Origin: Hamiltosporidium tvaerminnensis FI-OER-3-3
Lineage: Eukaryota; Fungi; Microsporidia
Assembly (NCBI GenBank): GCA_022605425.2
Contig: JAKIMF020000007.1
Span: 682,001 to 746,000, forward strand
DNA length: 64,000 nt
Reading direction: 5' to 3'
Part shown: positions 23,565 through 36,140 of the stretch, piece after piece
How positions within the stretch are numbered: position 1 is the stretch's first letter
How the letters are laid out: each line of letters opens with the position of its first letter
Translations under genes and position numbers: made by a program
Notes under the pieces: generated by a model
Told to the model about the DNA's origin: nothing
Databases searched by the model: none
Seen by the model: only the letters and a program-made list of their open reading frames with translations

Positions 23565-26469
23565 ATGCAGAATTTATACAAAGAAATTAAAATAAATATT
23601 TTAAAAAAAGATTATTCCTATGCATTACAGCAATGTGATATTGGACTATCAATCTCAGAAGAAGATGAACTTTACTTTTTAAAAGCATATATTTTGGCCG
23701 AAAGGAGTGATGATTTAAATGATATAGAGGAATCAATAGAATTATACAAAAAATTACCTCTGCAAGAGAAATACTTACAAGGAATTGTAAAATCACTAAA
23801 CAAAAAATTTTTATTGACTTCAGAAAAAGTAGAAGAAGAAAACTTGGTTTATTATAAATTTCTTTGTGATAAATATTTTGAAAATAATAAAATAGAAAAA
23901 TATCAAGAATTAATAAAGAAAACATTAGAACAGCTTTCTGAAGGAGAAAAATATGTTGAATTTCTTTGTGATATCAAAATCGAGAAAGAACGATATTTTG
24001 GAGAGTATTTTATTAAAATAAAAGAAATTTATACGAAATTTTGTTGTGAAATTTATAAAAAAAGAGTTCTATTTTCGGAAAAGGAAATTAAAAATAAAAT
24101 AAGATTAGAAAAAGAACGAATTAAGATTGATTTAGTAGCAGAGAACATTAATCAGGAAATCTTTTATTTTGATATATTAAAACTCCATATCGCAGATATT
24201 TATTTGGAATTTGATAAAACAAAAAAAGAAAAAATTGATAATTTTATCAAGTCCGGGAACAAAAATGTATCAATTGAAAACACTTATAAATTTATACAGG
24301 ATGGATTTCGGAGAAAATAGATCTTTTCAGCCTTTTTTTATAGATCTAAATACGGAATATTTAATTGAACAAAGCTTATTTTCCATGTGTTTAAAAATCA
24401 ATTATACTATTCAACAAAAAGATTTAAAAAACATTTCTATTATACAGCCTATAATAAAATATTATGAAAGCGTTGATTGTTTGAAATTTAAAACTTCTAG
24501 AATTTATGACTTTTTAGTAAAATTGTATTTTGATTATAAAATGTTTGATGAAATTAATGATGTTAAAAATAAAGTCAGTTTTGAAGATTTAGAAACATTG
24601 TATATGATTATTTTTGCTTTAAATGAATGTGTAGATTTCGAGAATTCTTTGGAATATATATTTCAAAACAATATTGATGAAATGATTATTTTTAATATAG
24701 AAAACAACTATTTAGATTGTAATAAGAATTTTTCTGATAATGAAAATATTTCATTAAATGAAAAACTAATGAAAATTCGAATTAAAAACACGGATTCGAT
24801 AAAAATGGAAATTATAGGATCGGATCTCAAATGTGCGACAGATTATGAGACAAAGAAAACAGAATTTAAAAATTACGTAAATGATAAATTTATAAAATTC
24901 TATGAAAGACTTGAAAAAAATAAGAGTAAATTACAAATAATAGATGATAAAACAAAAGAAACTCTAATAAAAATTATTGAAGAGATTTTCTATGTTTCTA
25001 TTTGTTCAAAAATAGAATTTCAAAGGCAAAATTATTTTGAATTATATGATAGTGATATTTTTGATAAAGACAGCAATTTCTATTTTTTCAAAGCGATACT
25101 TTCAGATAATTTTGATGATAAGATTGTATTTTTAGAAATGAGTGTTCAAAAAAATAGATTAAATCATCGAGCAAATTATAAATTAGGAGAATCACAAGAT
25201 AATTTAGATAAAAAGATATATTATTTTGAATTGGCGTTCAATGATTCAAAGAATTATGCAGTAGATTTGGCAATGTGTTATAATATAAAATATGGAACGA
25301 GAAAAGCTATATCCTTCTTAGAAAATAATTTTGTTTATAGAAAAAATCAATTTGCATATTTTTTTGAATTAGGAAAATTATATTTTAAGGAAAATGAATT
25401 TCTTAAAGCAGAAAATAGTTTTCAAAAAGCTATTTCAATAAAAGAAGACTTCGAATGTTATGTTTATTTAGCAGATTCTTTGGAAGGACTAAATAGATTT
25501 GAAAATTCTATTCTCATCTTAGAGAAATCGATGTTTAAATTTAAATCACACGTACTCATATTAAAAAAAATTAAATTATTAAATATTTTAGGAAATTCAG
25601 AAGAATCTTTGTTTGAAATCAATAGATTAAATTCCGAGATAAATAATTCAGAATTTAATTTTGATAAAAATGAAATACAAATCGTACGAGAATGCTTGAA
25701 TTTTGAAAAATTAACTTCATATAACAATATTATGAGAAAAACACCGAATGAATTCAATAAATACTTTGAAGATTGCCAAAAACTACTTAAAGCTGAGTAT
25801 AAGATTTTTAAAGATTTTATTCTTAAACTTAAAATTGATTTTTACATTTTTATGGATAAAAAAAATGAACTTGAAGATGAGTTTTATATCCAAAGTCAAT
25901 TTATTTTGAATTCGATTAAATTTAAGGATAAATTTATTAGAAACGAAATAAATTCTGATTTTGAGGATATAATTGTTACCAAATTTATTAAAAATAGTTC
26001 CTTAATTCAAAGAAATGAGGACTTTTACAATTTTATTGGATTAATTCTTTTAAATACCGAAGAATCTTACAATTGGTTCTATAAAGCAATAGAATTCAAA
26101 AATAATTATAAATCTTGGGCGTATTTAGCATTGAAATACTTAGAAGAAAAGGATTATGAAAATAGCTTTGAGTTTATCGAACGTGCTATTACTTTGAATT
26201 ATGAGAATTGTTTAGTGTGGTGTATTAAATTATTAATATGTGCATTAATGGAACCTAAAATATGCGAATCTATATTTATAAATTTTTTAAGATTCTTTGA
26301 ACCGGAATATTCCGATTTCCTTTATTATTTCTTAGAAAAGTATCGATGGTTTGAAGAAGTTGAATTAATTCAAAATTGCCTAAATATTTCAAGAAATTGT
26401 GAAACGAAGAATCAAATCCAAGAAATTCTTATTATATTAGAGAATAATATTGTGCAGAAAGAAATATAA
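23565..26469 (+). CDS. SKI3: TPR protein, superkiller complex subunit Ski3/TTC37-like; frameshifted at ~24283 in this copy
   Basis: N-terminal TPR (KKDYSYALQQC), central TPRs, C-terminal FYKAIE..SWAYLALKYL..RAITLN..W pattern; CCC motif before ATG 23565; extra C relative to the other copy joins ORFs 23526-24320 and 24211-26469. Confidence 0.65.
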
Positions 26470-27011
26470 AATACAAAGTAATATAATTTGAAAAAATAAT
26501 AAATTAATATTTAGAGATAACTTATTTAAAGCATCATCATAGCCAAATAATCTACATTATATCTAAAAATGTAAAAAAACAAGGTATATAATATTATTCT
26601 AGGAATAAATATTACAAGAAAATCACAGATATTTTTTTGAGATTCAAGATATTTTTAGTATCTTTCAGAATATATTTATAAATATTTTTAAAATTTAACT
26701 CAGCATTTCTATATTTCTTTACCCTATATTTTTCTATACAATATTTCCCTTTTTTCATCTGTAAACTGTGATCATTCTTTTAAAATAGCGAAGGCTAGGT
26801 TTAGAATATTATTAAAATTAAATTGATTTCTGTTCATATATTCATTGAATATATATTAGATATAATTGCTATTTTAGCAAAATTATATTCAATCAATTAC
26901 CCGTTGATTGTAATCATTTCGAATCAACTTTTTTGTTCTATTTGAAGATATATCCTAGAAAAAAATAGCCATATAATTTTCTCAAAAAATAGAAAAAAAA
27001 TGTTTAAATTT

Positions 27012-27797
27012 CTATTTTCTTTTGGCCATAATTTTTTCAAACATAAAAGTTGCTTTTTTTATTAAAACTATTGGCACATCATTAAAATTAAAGTCGTTAA
27101 AATAATTTATCAATTTTATTTGGGTATTTATGTTGTGTTTGTTGAAGTATAAGCATTCTGGAAAATACATATCGAGATTAGCAGAAATCAAATCTGTTAA
27201 TACAGTATGTTTCCATTCGCTTAAATGTATCCACATGCTTTTAAGCTCTCTAAAAAGTTTCCTTTCGGTTTCTGTAAATGCAAATCTCATATAATACTCA
27301 AAGTATCCAAAATCCTCATAGTCTGGTTCAATAAAAAGTGCATCATGTAATTGGTATGCTAGCTCTCTATGAAATAACCCTCCATATGATTTAACAAGAC
27401 TTATAAGCAAGTTTGCAATTTGTTCTATTGACAATTCCTTTAAACCATATTTTTTTATTCTATTTAACTGCGCATTTTTCGTATGTGTATCAGGTAATTC
27501 ACCACGATGAAGAAACATATTCACAATTGTTGGCTCACTTTTGATTATGTTTTCTATTAATTTGAATACTATAGGATCTAGGTATTTTTTTTGTTTAGGT
27601 CTGATTTTGGTTTTGAAGCAAAAACAAAGAAAATCGCCTAAAAAAAATATCGCTTTGTCATAATATTCTATTCTATGTAATCGAAGCATTTTCATAAAAC
27701 AATAATGATGAAGACATTTTTTTTCTTGTTTATTTAGCTTCCAATATGATATTTTTCTCCTATCTTTTTTCTTCACGTTTAAAATATAGTCTATCAT
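27012..27797 (-). CDS. Divergent RhoGAP-like protein
   Basis: 261-aa ORF; PIVFKLIENI...MFLHRG...IANLLISLVK..GGLF resembles the RhoGAP helix pattern; duplicate at 52246-53031. Confidence 0.55.
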   Translation of the reverse strand: MIDYILNVKKKDRRKISYWKLNKQEKKCLHHYCFMKMLRLHRIEYYDKAIFFLGDFLCFCFKTKIRPKQKKYLDPIVFKLIENIIKSEPTIVNMFLHRGELPDTHTKNAQLNRIKKYGLKELSIEQIANLLISLVKSYGGLFHRELAYQLHDALFIEPDYEDFGYFEYYMRFAFTETERKLFRELKSMWIHLSEWKHTVLTDLISANLDMYFPECLYFNKHNINTQIKLINYFNDFNFNDVPIVLIKKATFMFEKIMAKRK

Positions 27798-28451
27798 CTA
27801 TTTTATGAGATTTATCTCTATTTATACTTTTTTCTAACACATGTTTTTTAAATTTTTTAAAATGCCTCAATTTTAATTATTCTATTTGAAAGCTTAGTTA
27901 CTTTATATCGATTATGAGTTAAATTAGTTCAATGATATTATATTTTTCGTAACAATACGAAATGGTTTAATTTAACTGGTAATTTTTTCCTGTTAAACAA
28001 AATGTGTTTTATATATGGCTTTTTTTACAGGTTTAACTGTTTTCACTTCTAAATTGTTTATAAATTTAATAAAAATTTAAATAAATCTTGGCTTTTTATT
28101 TTGGTAAAATTATTCTATTCCTAAAAAATTACGAAATCGTTTTTATGAATACTAACTTTTGAAGATATGTTTTGAAACTGAAAATTTATTTTTAGACTAA
28201 AAAATAAACCCAGCCTATTAATTCTTATTCAGTTAGTATAATGTTTCATGAAATTTTTTATTCATCATTTCTTTTTACAACTATTATTCAACTAAAAATA
28301 TAGTTTAAAATTTATAAATTATAGTAAGTAAACGATAATTTAAAGTGTGGTTGTTCATTTCATCAAAAATATAATAAATGCAAAGGAAAATATCGGATGT
28401 GTTTAAATACTTTAGGTAAATTAGAATTTTGTATTTTTTATTTAACTAGAA

Positions 28452-29196
28452 AAAGTAGCGGGAGGATAACCACAAAAAAAACTTTCGGCTTGGCAATGAG
28501 CGTGTGAAACTGCTCTGAAAATCTTTTTTTTGGATTTTTGGTGGGAATACAACCATACTACATCTTCGGTTGTTCCATGGGAGTTGTTATGAAGAGGAGA
28601 GGTCTAAGAAATGGAGAAACTTTTTCTACAAATTTATTTGTAGTTTTTTATGCAACAAGATTAAGAGTAGCTGAACATGCAAGTAATTGCCATTGTAAAA
28701 GTATGGAAACCTAGCTTTGCTCACTCGGTTTAAAAGATTAGCGCTTGGGAGATATAAAACAAAAAACCATTTAAAGCCAGGAAAGCTAAGTAGCAGGTTA
28801 TATCTGTTGGTATGACATTGCACTGTCTAAGTGGGCTCTATGTAAATCTCCGAAATATATCTTAGCAGAAGTTTTTTGGGTTCAGATTGTGTAGATTAAG
28901 TGGAAATGCTGCATAGTCTCGGGGTGCCTATGGAGGGGGCTTCAACCTTCGATCACACCCAATGCAACGGACATTAACGAACACCGGACAACCGCCTCGC
29001 CTATTTATTAGGTTTTACATGCCTTTTAGATGAAAGGCTCAGGGACTTAGGTATCGAAAGGGGTACTGTTAGAGTGTTGGATAGCAGATATTTATGTTAA
29101 ATCCAGAACTGAGTTAATGTAATGAAAGCAAATATAGCACGTACCACTGGTTTAAAAAAGACGTGATATTTTTAAATAAAGTAATTTTATATTTCA
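28452..29196 (+). mobile_element. ~740-nt SINE-like retroposon
   Basis: 13-bp TSD tatttaactagaa at 28439-28451 and 29197-29209; colinear with the reverse complement of 18829-19565. Confidence 0.9.
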
Positions 29197-32100
29197 TATT
29201 TAACTAGAATTAACAATAAATTTAAAAAAATTTCCCCATTTATTATGTAAAATAGAACTTTTTACAAAATTTCCTGAAAATTAAAAAAAAATTGTTACTA
29301 ATACTTTAGATGTAGCAAACAAAATGTAAAGATTCGCCAAGAAAATATAATTCAATTTATTTTAATACTTGCTTTGCTATATTTAAAAAAAGCAAGATGA
29401 TGGGAATACCTAAACCAATGAATAAACTATTATTAATAATTTCTAGTATTGACTTTCTTTGAATATGATTTTATATAACCTCATTTATAGTTTCGTTCTA
29501 TTCTTTTAAAAATATTAGAGTAAAATCATTTTTAAATAAAGAACGTTATAATTTATAATATACTAGAATATTTAAAAAAAATAAATTCACATCAAATATG
29601 ATTACAAAAATTTTCTTAAAATGTTATAGGAAAAAATATCTTTAGGATTTAGGATTTATTAGATCAGAAACCGTATTTTATTTATTTGTTTAAATCTCTC
29701 AAAATGTGAAGATAAATTTTTCAATTAATTTAATTCACAATTTTCTAATATTAACAGTTTAAAATGTTTCAAAATTTCTTGATTTAAACAGATTTTTTCG
29801 GTCAAAGAAAATTCTATTTTCCAATATTTATGTTTCTTAAATCTTTAATTCTCATAAAAATTTATAATACAGAATATAAGTGTAAATACTTTTACTATTT
29901 TTATATAGATGGTATTTGATTTTCAGTTTAAGGCATATATATATTTTAGTTTTTATATACTTACTTCAAAACTATTTTAGGTTTTTTTAGATATAGCTTA
30001 TATTATGTTATTCGTTTTATTGAAAAGTTTTTATTAAATATATTTTTGCTTTTCGTGTATAAATTTTTATTCGATCGTCAACTTATTCAAAAATCATTCT
30101 ATTTAGTTTTTTTAAAAAAGAATTGAATAAAGTAATTAAAATAATGTTGTATTCATAGAATTCAATATAAATTTTACATTTCTTTCATATAATAACCGTT
30201 TTTAACTAGCAATTGAAAACCAAACATTATATTTTGTTTGCATTAGATACATTTTCAATAACATATTTATGTTTCAAAAACTGTTCCATAACGATTCTTT
30301 TAATTTAAATTAAAACGAACATTATTTTATGTAAGATATTGAATTTAATGTTTTGTTAACACATTAAATATCACGCTAGAGATATTTGAATATAAAAACA
30401 GCGAAGAAAATATTTAACTGGAAATTTAAAGATTTATAATTTAAATTTAGTTAATATTTAAGTTCAACTGATATTTTCGACATAAATACTATAAATTAAT
30501 CATTATACAGAAATATTTTATGAATTAAAATTCAAATTTGTTTTTTATCTGAAAGCATAGTAGAAAACTAGTGATTATTTTTATGAAGTCTAGTTCTTTT
30601 TAAACTTTTCTATTAATTAGAAATGTAATCATCTCTGAAAATTTATACAGTAGATTAGGTGTATCATTTTATTATTATTTTCCAAATATATAAAAACTTG
30701 ATATATCAACTTTAAACAAAGTAAATTATATATATTTTACGTTTAGATGTATTTATATTATGCTATTACTTAAATGTGCTTTTTTATTTTACAAATTAAA
30801 ATATAATTTTGTGAAAATGATTTGATTCTCTTTTTGCTAACTAGGTTAACTGTTTTGCAAATAATAATTTAAGTGAAAAAAAACTAAATCACGATACACT
30901 ATCGAGCGAAGATAGTGATATTTTATATTCAAAGATTTTTTGAAGGTTGTTTCTATTATTATAAAAATTGAAATTTCTATTTTAAATCAATTCTATTCAA
31001 TAAATTTTTGAATAAGACTTTATTTTATATTCTGAAACATTAATTTTTTTAAAAAATATTTAAAGATTGTTCATTTTTCTACAAATAGAATTTTTAAAAT
31101 TTTTTTGAATAGATAAATTTCTCCAACCACAATTCAAAAAATGAATTTAAGTTTTAATTTATATATTTTTTTGAGGGTAATTTTCGGTGTAAAAGATTGT
31201 GAAACAGCCGTTAGACATGGTGTGTATCACAACCATTTTAATTATTTTACCACTTAAATTAAATAGATTTATAATGCAGAAATTACGAAATATTCGATTG
31301 GAACTATTTTGAATTAAATTTTGATGATTTTTTCATATCTTCTTTTATTTTATATTTGATATATTTTCAAAGGCTTAAAGGTCATAGAGTTAATTTCGCA
31401 CATTTTTTTCATATCTTTAGGCAAATAATTTTGGTGGTTATTTCTTTTACACTGTTTTCATTGTTTAGTGTCGGCAATAATTACATGTGTTTCCTGTAGA
31501 TTCCGCTCATTACATGTTCCCTATAATACCATTTCTTAAAATTCTTCGGAGATTTTATGATTAAAATAACTTCTTCGGTCTATAAAAAGGTTTCAACTGT
31601 ATTATTGAACACCCTCGATTGTATATATATTTCTATTCTTATAAGTATATTGAGCTTCTTAAGATACGTTTTATAGTAATTTGTATCAATTCATCTCATA
31701 TTATGACATGTGTCATCTCAATAGCAAATTTTTGAAAATATAAAGTATTTTTCAAAAATTCATACTTTTTTTAAATTTTTCACTTTTAGTTATTTGAAGC
31801 AAACTTCGTAAAATATTTCCGAATTCAATATGTTACTATCTCTTATTTAATTTGTCATTAAAGGCGATATATCATTCCGGAATCCTTTAGTTTTTTTATC
31901 AAGTGTTCCTTAAGATAAACTTGTAAAATATAACACTCAGATATAATCTTGCGAAGTAAAAAATCAAATTGTACGTTAATCTAAATATCAATTTTCAAAA
32001 AGATTTCAACAAACGAAATACATAATTGAGGCTCTTAACTTTCAAATGTATTGTTTGTGCTCAAAACGCAAAAAAAAGCATCTTTTAAATAAACCGAGAA

Positions 32101-32258
32101 TATTCTTAAAGTAAATTTTTAAGGTTTTTACAATTTTCATATAAATTTATGATGTCTGAACGTGTGCTATGAAATAATATAAATGCAAATTCTTTATATA
32201 CACGAATGATTCCATTCGTTTGAAAATTGATAAATAAAGTCATCTATTATAGGGGTTT

Positions 32259-32330
32259 TCGATCAATATAATAATCCTTGTAATCAATATAATAATTTTT
32301 CGATCAATAAAATTATCCTTGCCATCAATA
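32259..32330. repeat. ~21-bp minisatellite at the 3' junction of the RLE element
   Basis: 3-4 imperfect units of atcaatataataatccttg. Confidence 0.7.
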
Positions 32331-35300
32331 TTTATTTAATAAAATTCTGGGTTAAAATATTTTAACATTTTTATATGTTTTCTTCTACCTCTTTAACCAC
32401 TATTGTCTCTTCTTCCAAATCCGACTCTTCATTTATGTTATTGGTCGGTTCCTCTAAAGTGGTTCCTCCTTGTGAAATAAGGGGTGTATTATTTTTTGGT
32501 TTTAAAGTTTTAACACCATCTTCCTCTCTCTTCTCTTCTTTTAAATAAGGTTTTAATTCCTCATGCATCTCTGCTCTCATAATAACACCCATTGACGCTC
32601 TCTCACAGCTCTCTTCGGCATTTAGTCCTGACTCAAGTCCTCTTCGTCGATCAAAGGAAATTGTTTCGACTGTTTTCTTAAGTACTATAGACTGAATGTA
32701 TGCCTCTACATTCGTGAAGAATTTTAGTCTTTTAAGATGAGATTTATGGTATTTTGTCACAATACCGTCCCAGGTCATCACATAGGGGATTATCTCAACA
32801 CTACACTTATAAATAAGACCCAACTCATTGGCTAACAGGTCATACTTCCTAAGTTTTTAGGTTTCAACTATTTGAAGTGAATCTTGGGAAGTGATTCCTA
32901 CTTCAATGAGTGTTATCTTATTCTTCTTCTTATCTAAAATAAATATGTCCGGTCTGTTATTCCGAATTTTAACATCAGTTTTTATTCTGGTGTCCACTCT
33001 TATCTCTGCGTACTCATTATCAAGAATTTCTTGAACTGAGTGACTCTTTATTCGTTTGGAAGACTTAAACTTATATCTATTTAGAAGAAGTAAGTGTAGG
33101 CATCTAACCACTTCATTATGCCGTCTGGTATAGTCACGGCCTAGCATTTTTTCACATCTAGTTGCTAGATGATCTACAGTCTTACCAGACTTCCCGCAAT
33201 GTTGACACACACCATCTGCTCCCCAGAATACATTTCTATCCTGGATATAGCAGAACACAGCTTCATTTCGTGGCCTAATATTTCCTCTCTTTAGCCATCT
33301 TGAAGAGTCACTAACACTCACAAGCTCATTTTTCCTTGCATTATATAACTTTGAATGTAGTTTTCGTTTTTCTATTTCGTTATATAGTTTTGCAAGTTGA
33401 GCTTCTTCTAAACTTTTCTTAGTTACTTCTTCTACCAACCTGTACTTTACTTTTAAGAAGCCTTTTATTAGTGCAAGATGGGTTTTATTATTATTTTCCA
33501 CCTTAAGGATTTCTGCTCGTCTAGTTGATATTTCTTTACTTTTTTTTAGACATTCTAAGAGTTGCAGAAGCATATGTTCGCTTCGCAACTCAACACTATG
33601 TAAGCCTCTTCCAAGTTCTGTTCTAGGAAGGTATAAACGCTCTTTACATCCTGGGCGGAGATGTATCTTATTCTTCACCAACACCGCACGCACTGCATCA
33701 TCTAACTTAGAGAAGTCAGCCGGTTCAAGTCGAAGTACTCCTATGTGGTAGTTGATTAATGATATCGCATGTTGATTGATTGCAGGAAATAAATTTTTTG
33801 CATTTAATCTAGTGTGACAAAGTCTTTCAACTCTTGATATAAGTTTGCTCTGTACTTCTTCAAATGAGCTACGTGTTGGGATTCCTCTGCTATCTTCTAT
33901 TATTCCTAAATATTTGTAAACACTAACACCTTCTAGAAGAGTTGCAGTATCTTCACAACACGTATCATTTGTGGCTGACTTCTCTTTGTTAATCTCTAAA
34001 CCAATCACCTCTAAAAATTCCTTTGCCTCGCCTGTCATAGCACTCAATGTCGAACTGTCTTTAGCAAGGAGCTTAAGATCATCAATAAACAAGAGAGGAT
34101 TAGTAGAATGGGATTCTGCATCTGTTTGTACTGTCACTTTTGTGTATTTTTCATTAAGATTTCGGCTTAATGGATCCATACACAACACAAATAACAAAGG
34201 TGACAGACTATCTCCTTGTAGAATCCCTCTATCAATCTTCTTGCTCATGATTTTTTCAGGCCCTACTGATATATCAATTTTCCATTTTGATATAATTACC
34301 TTAATAAATTTCAGGATCCAGTCAGGTAAATTAAGGTTTTCAATGCATTGAGTTAAATAAGCATGATCTATTGAATCATAAGCTTTTTTAACATCAATCC
34401 ATGTTGCCTTAAGATTATTTCCATACTCTTTATTTACGGCAATATTCAGTAGAGCCTGCTCTTTCGCTCCCTGCACACCTCTTACCGCCCCTAGTTGGTT
34501 CTCCGCAAGCAACCCTCGCTTTTCCACTTAAGTTGAACGACTTTCGTTACACACTTAGTCGTTAACTTATAGAGGTTTGACATACAAGTGATTGGCCTGT
34601 AGTCAGAGCCTCTTCGTGGAATTCCTTTCGGTATCAAATACGTAAGTCCGCTGTAAAACCAATCAGCTTGTGGTTTTCCTTCTAAACATATAACTTTCAC
34701 AATATCATAAATATATTTGTGAAAAGATGTAAGTTTCTTAATGAAAAAATTGTAAATACCATCAATTCCAGCAGCTTTCCAATCGGGAAGCCAATTAATG
34801 ATATTTACAAATTCATAAAGTGAAGGAAACGTAGTCGGATGATTATCTGATACAAATGGAATCAAATAATCATCATGCGTGACAGTGTCATCATTTTTAT
34901 TCCACATTGTAGACCAAAAACTCACAATTTCATGCCGACTAACCACATGCTCGTATTCTACACGCTCAGATACCCCAGGATAAAATCGACCTCGGAAAAG
35001 CTCAAACATACGATTCTCTTTTCGGAATTGCTTCCTACTTTCGTGCATCGTAATTTTTTTCTCGTACACTTTCAAAGACTCATTCTTCTTAACTAAAGCC
35101 TCAGAAAGATCAGTTACACTGCTCAAGTTTAAATTAAACTCTCGCATGATTTTCTTAAGGCTCTTCGTTTCCGAAGTGAAGAGCTTTTCCTGCTTACGAG
35201 CCTTCTCGAGAAGATCTTTGGAAAGTACTTACTTAGAAATTTTACTTTCTATGTTTTCCTTCCAAGCGAATCTAGGCTTTTCTTTACGTGTTGCCTCGTC

Positions 35301-36140
35301 ATAGCATACCTGCGCAGCTTGCATGATATACGCGGCTTCCGTAATTGACTCAGGTACATGAGCTCCTGCATATTCACCGACTACTCGATTAATGAGATCC
35401 AGAACTTTACTATCAACCAATTCATTTGGATGTTTTCTTGTTCGGACCACCACTTTTCCAATTTCCTTCATCGAGATTTCTTTGATTTTACTCAAGAATT
35501 TATCTCTCAGGTTTATGTACTCCGTGGTGTCGGTCAAGGTGCATGTATCAGCGAGACAAGTGGCGATTCTACGTCGCTCTCCATTCTCTTCTGATTTTAC
35601 TTCCTTTCCCATCTCACTTTGTGCCAATTTTTTTAACACTTCGAGAGTTTCAGTGCAGCCGAATTTCTCATTATAGTACCTGTGAAGCTCTGTCCAGCCA
35701 TTTCTTGGCATTGTTTCAAACCTTATCTGTACTGCAAAAAAAACAATTTGAGGCCATTCCTTCGGTTCGACTGTTACGAAATCGAATATCGCCTGCAATG
35801 CCATTAGCCTGTTACTTTCCGGAATAGCTAGAGTACGGGGCTTGTCATGTCGTATGACGGCTCGCACGCAGAGACTTCAACCAAAGAGGTAACTGTTGCA
35901 TTAGGCGAAGATAAGGTGTCAAGCCCACTATGAAACATTTTACTGCATGTTTGGCTTGGTGGTGGATGTTTTATTGTTGTGTAGGAGGAGGAAGGTAGGG
36001 AAATCGCCGGTGGATGTAGCTTACATTTTTGTACCTCACTATCACTCTTCTTCATCTCATCCGCGTCGTTTGCAGCCTTTTTTTGGTATTTTTCGATATT
36101 TCGCTGCTAACATTTTTCTTTCTAACCATAAAATTTAAAT
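32331..36140 (-). mobile_element. Near full-length R4/Dong-like RLE non-LTR retrotransposon, disrupted
   Basis: KAAGIDG, YRPITC, DVKKAYDS, GILQGDSLSPLLF, LFIDD, CCHC, RHN, PD..E endonuclease; in-frame stops at 35229 and 32857, frameshifts near 35850 and 34530; 5' boundary approximate. Confidence 0.95.

Larger units (their letters stand above)
22321..32021. repeat. Inverted segmental duplication 2, left arm (~9.7 kb)
   Basis: Reverse complement of 48040-57725, including both genes, the SINE-like copy and intergenic DNA; more diverged at both ends. Confidence 0.96.
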
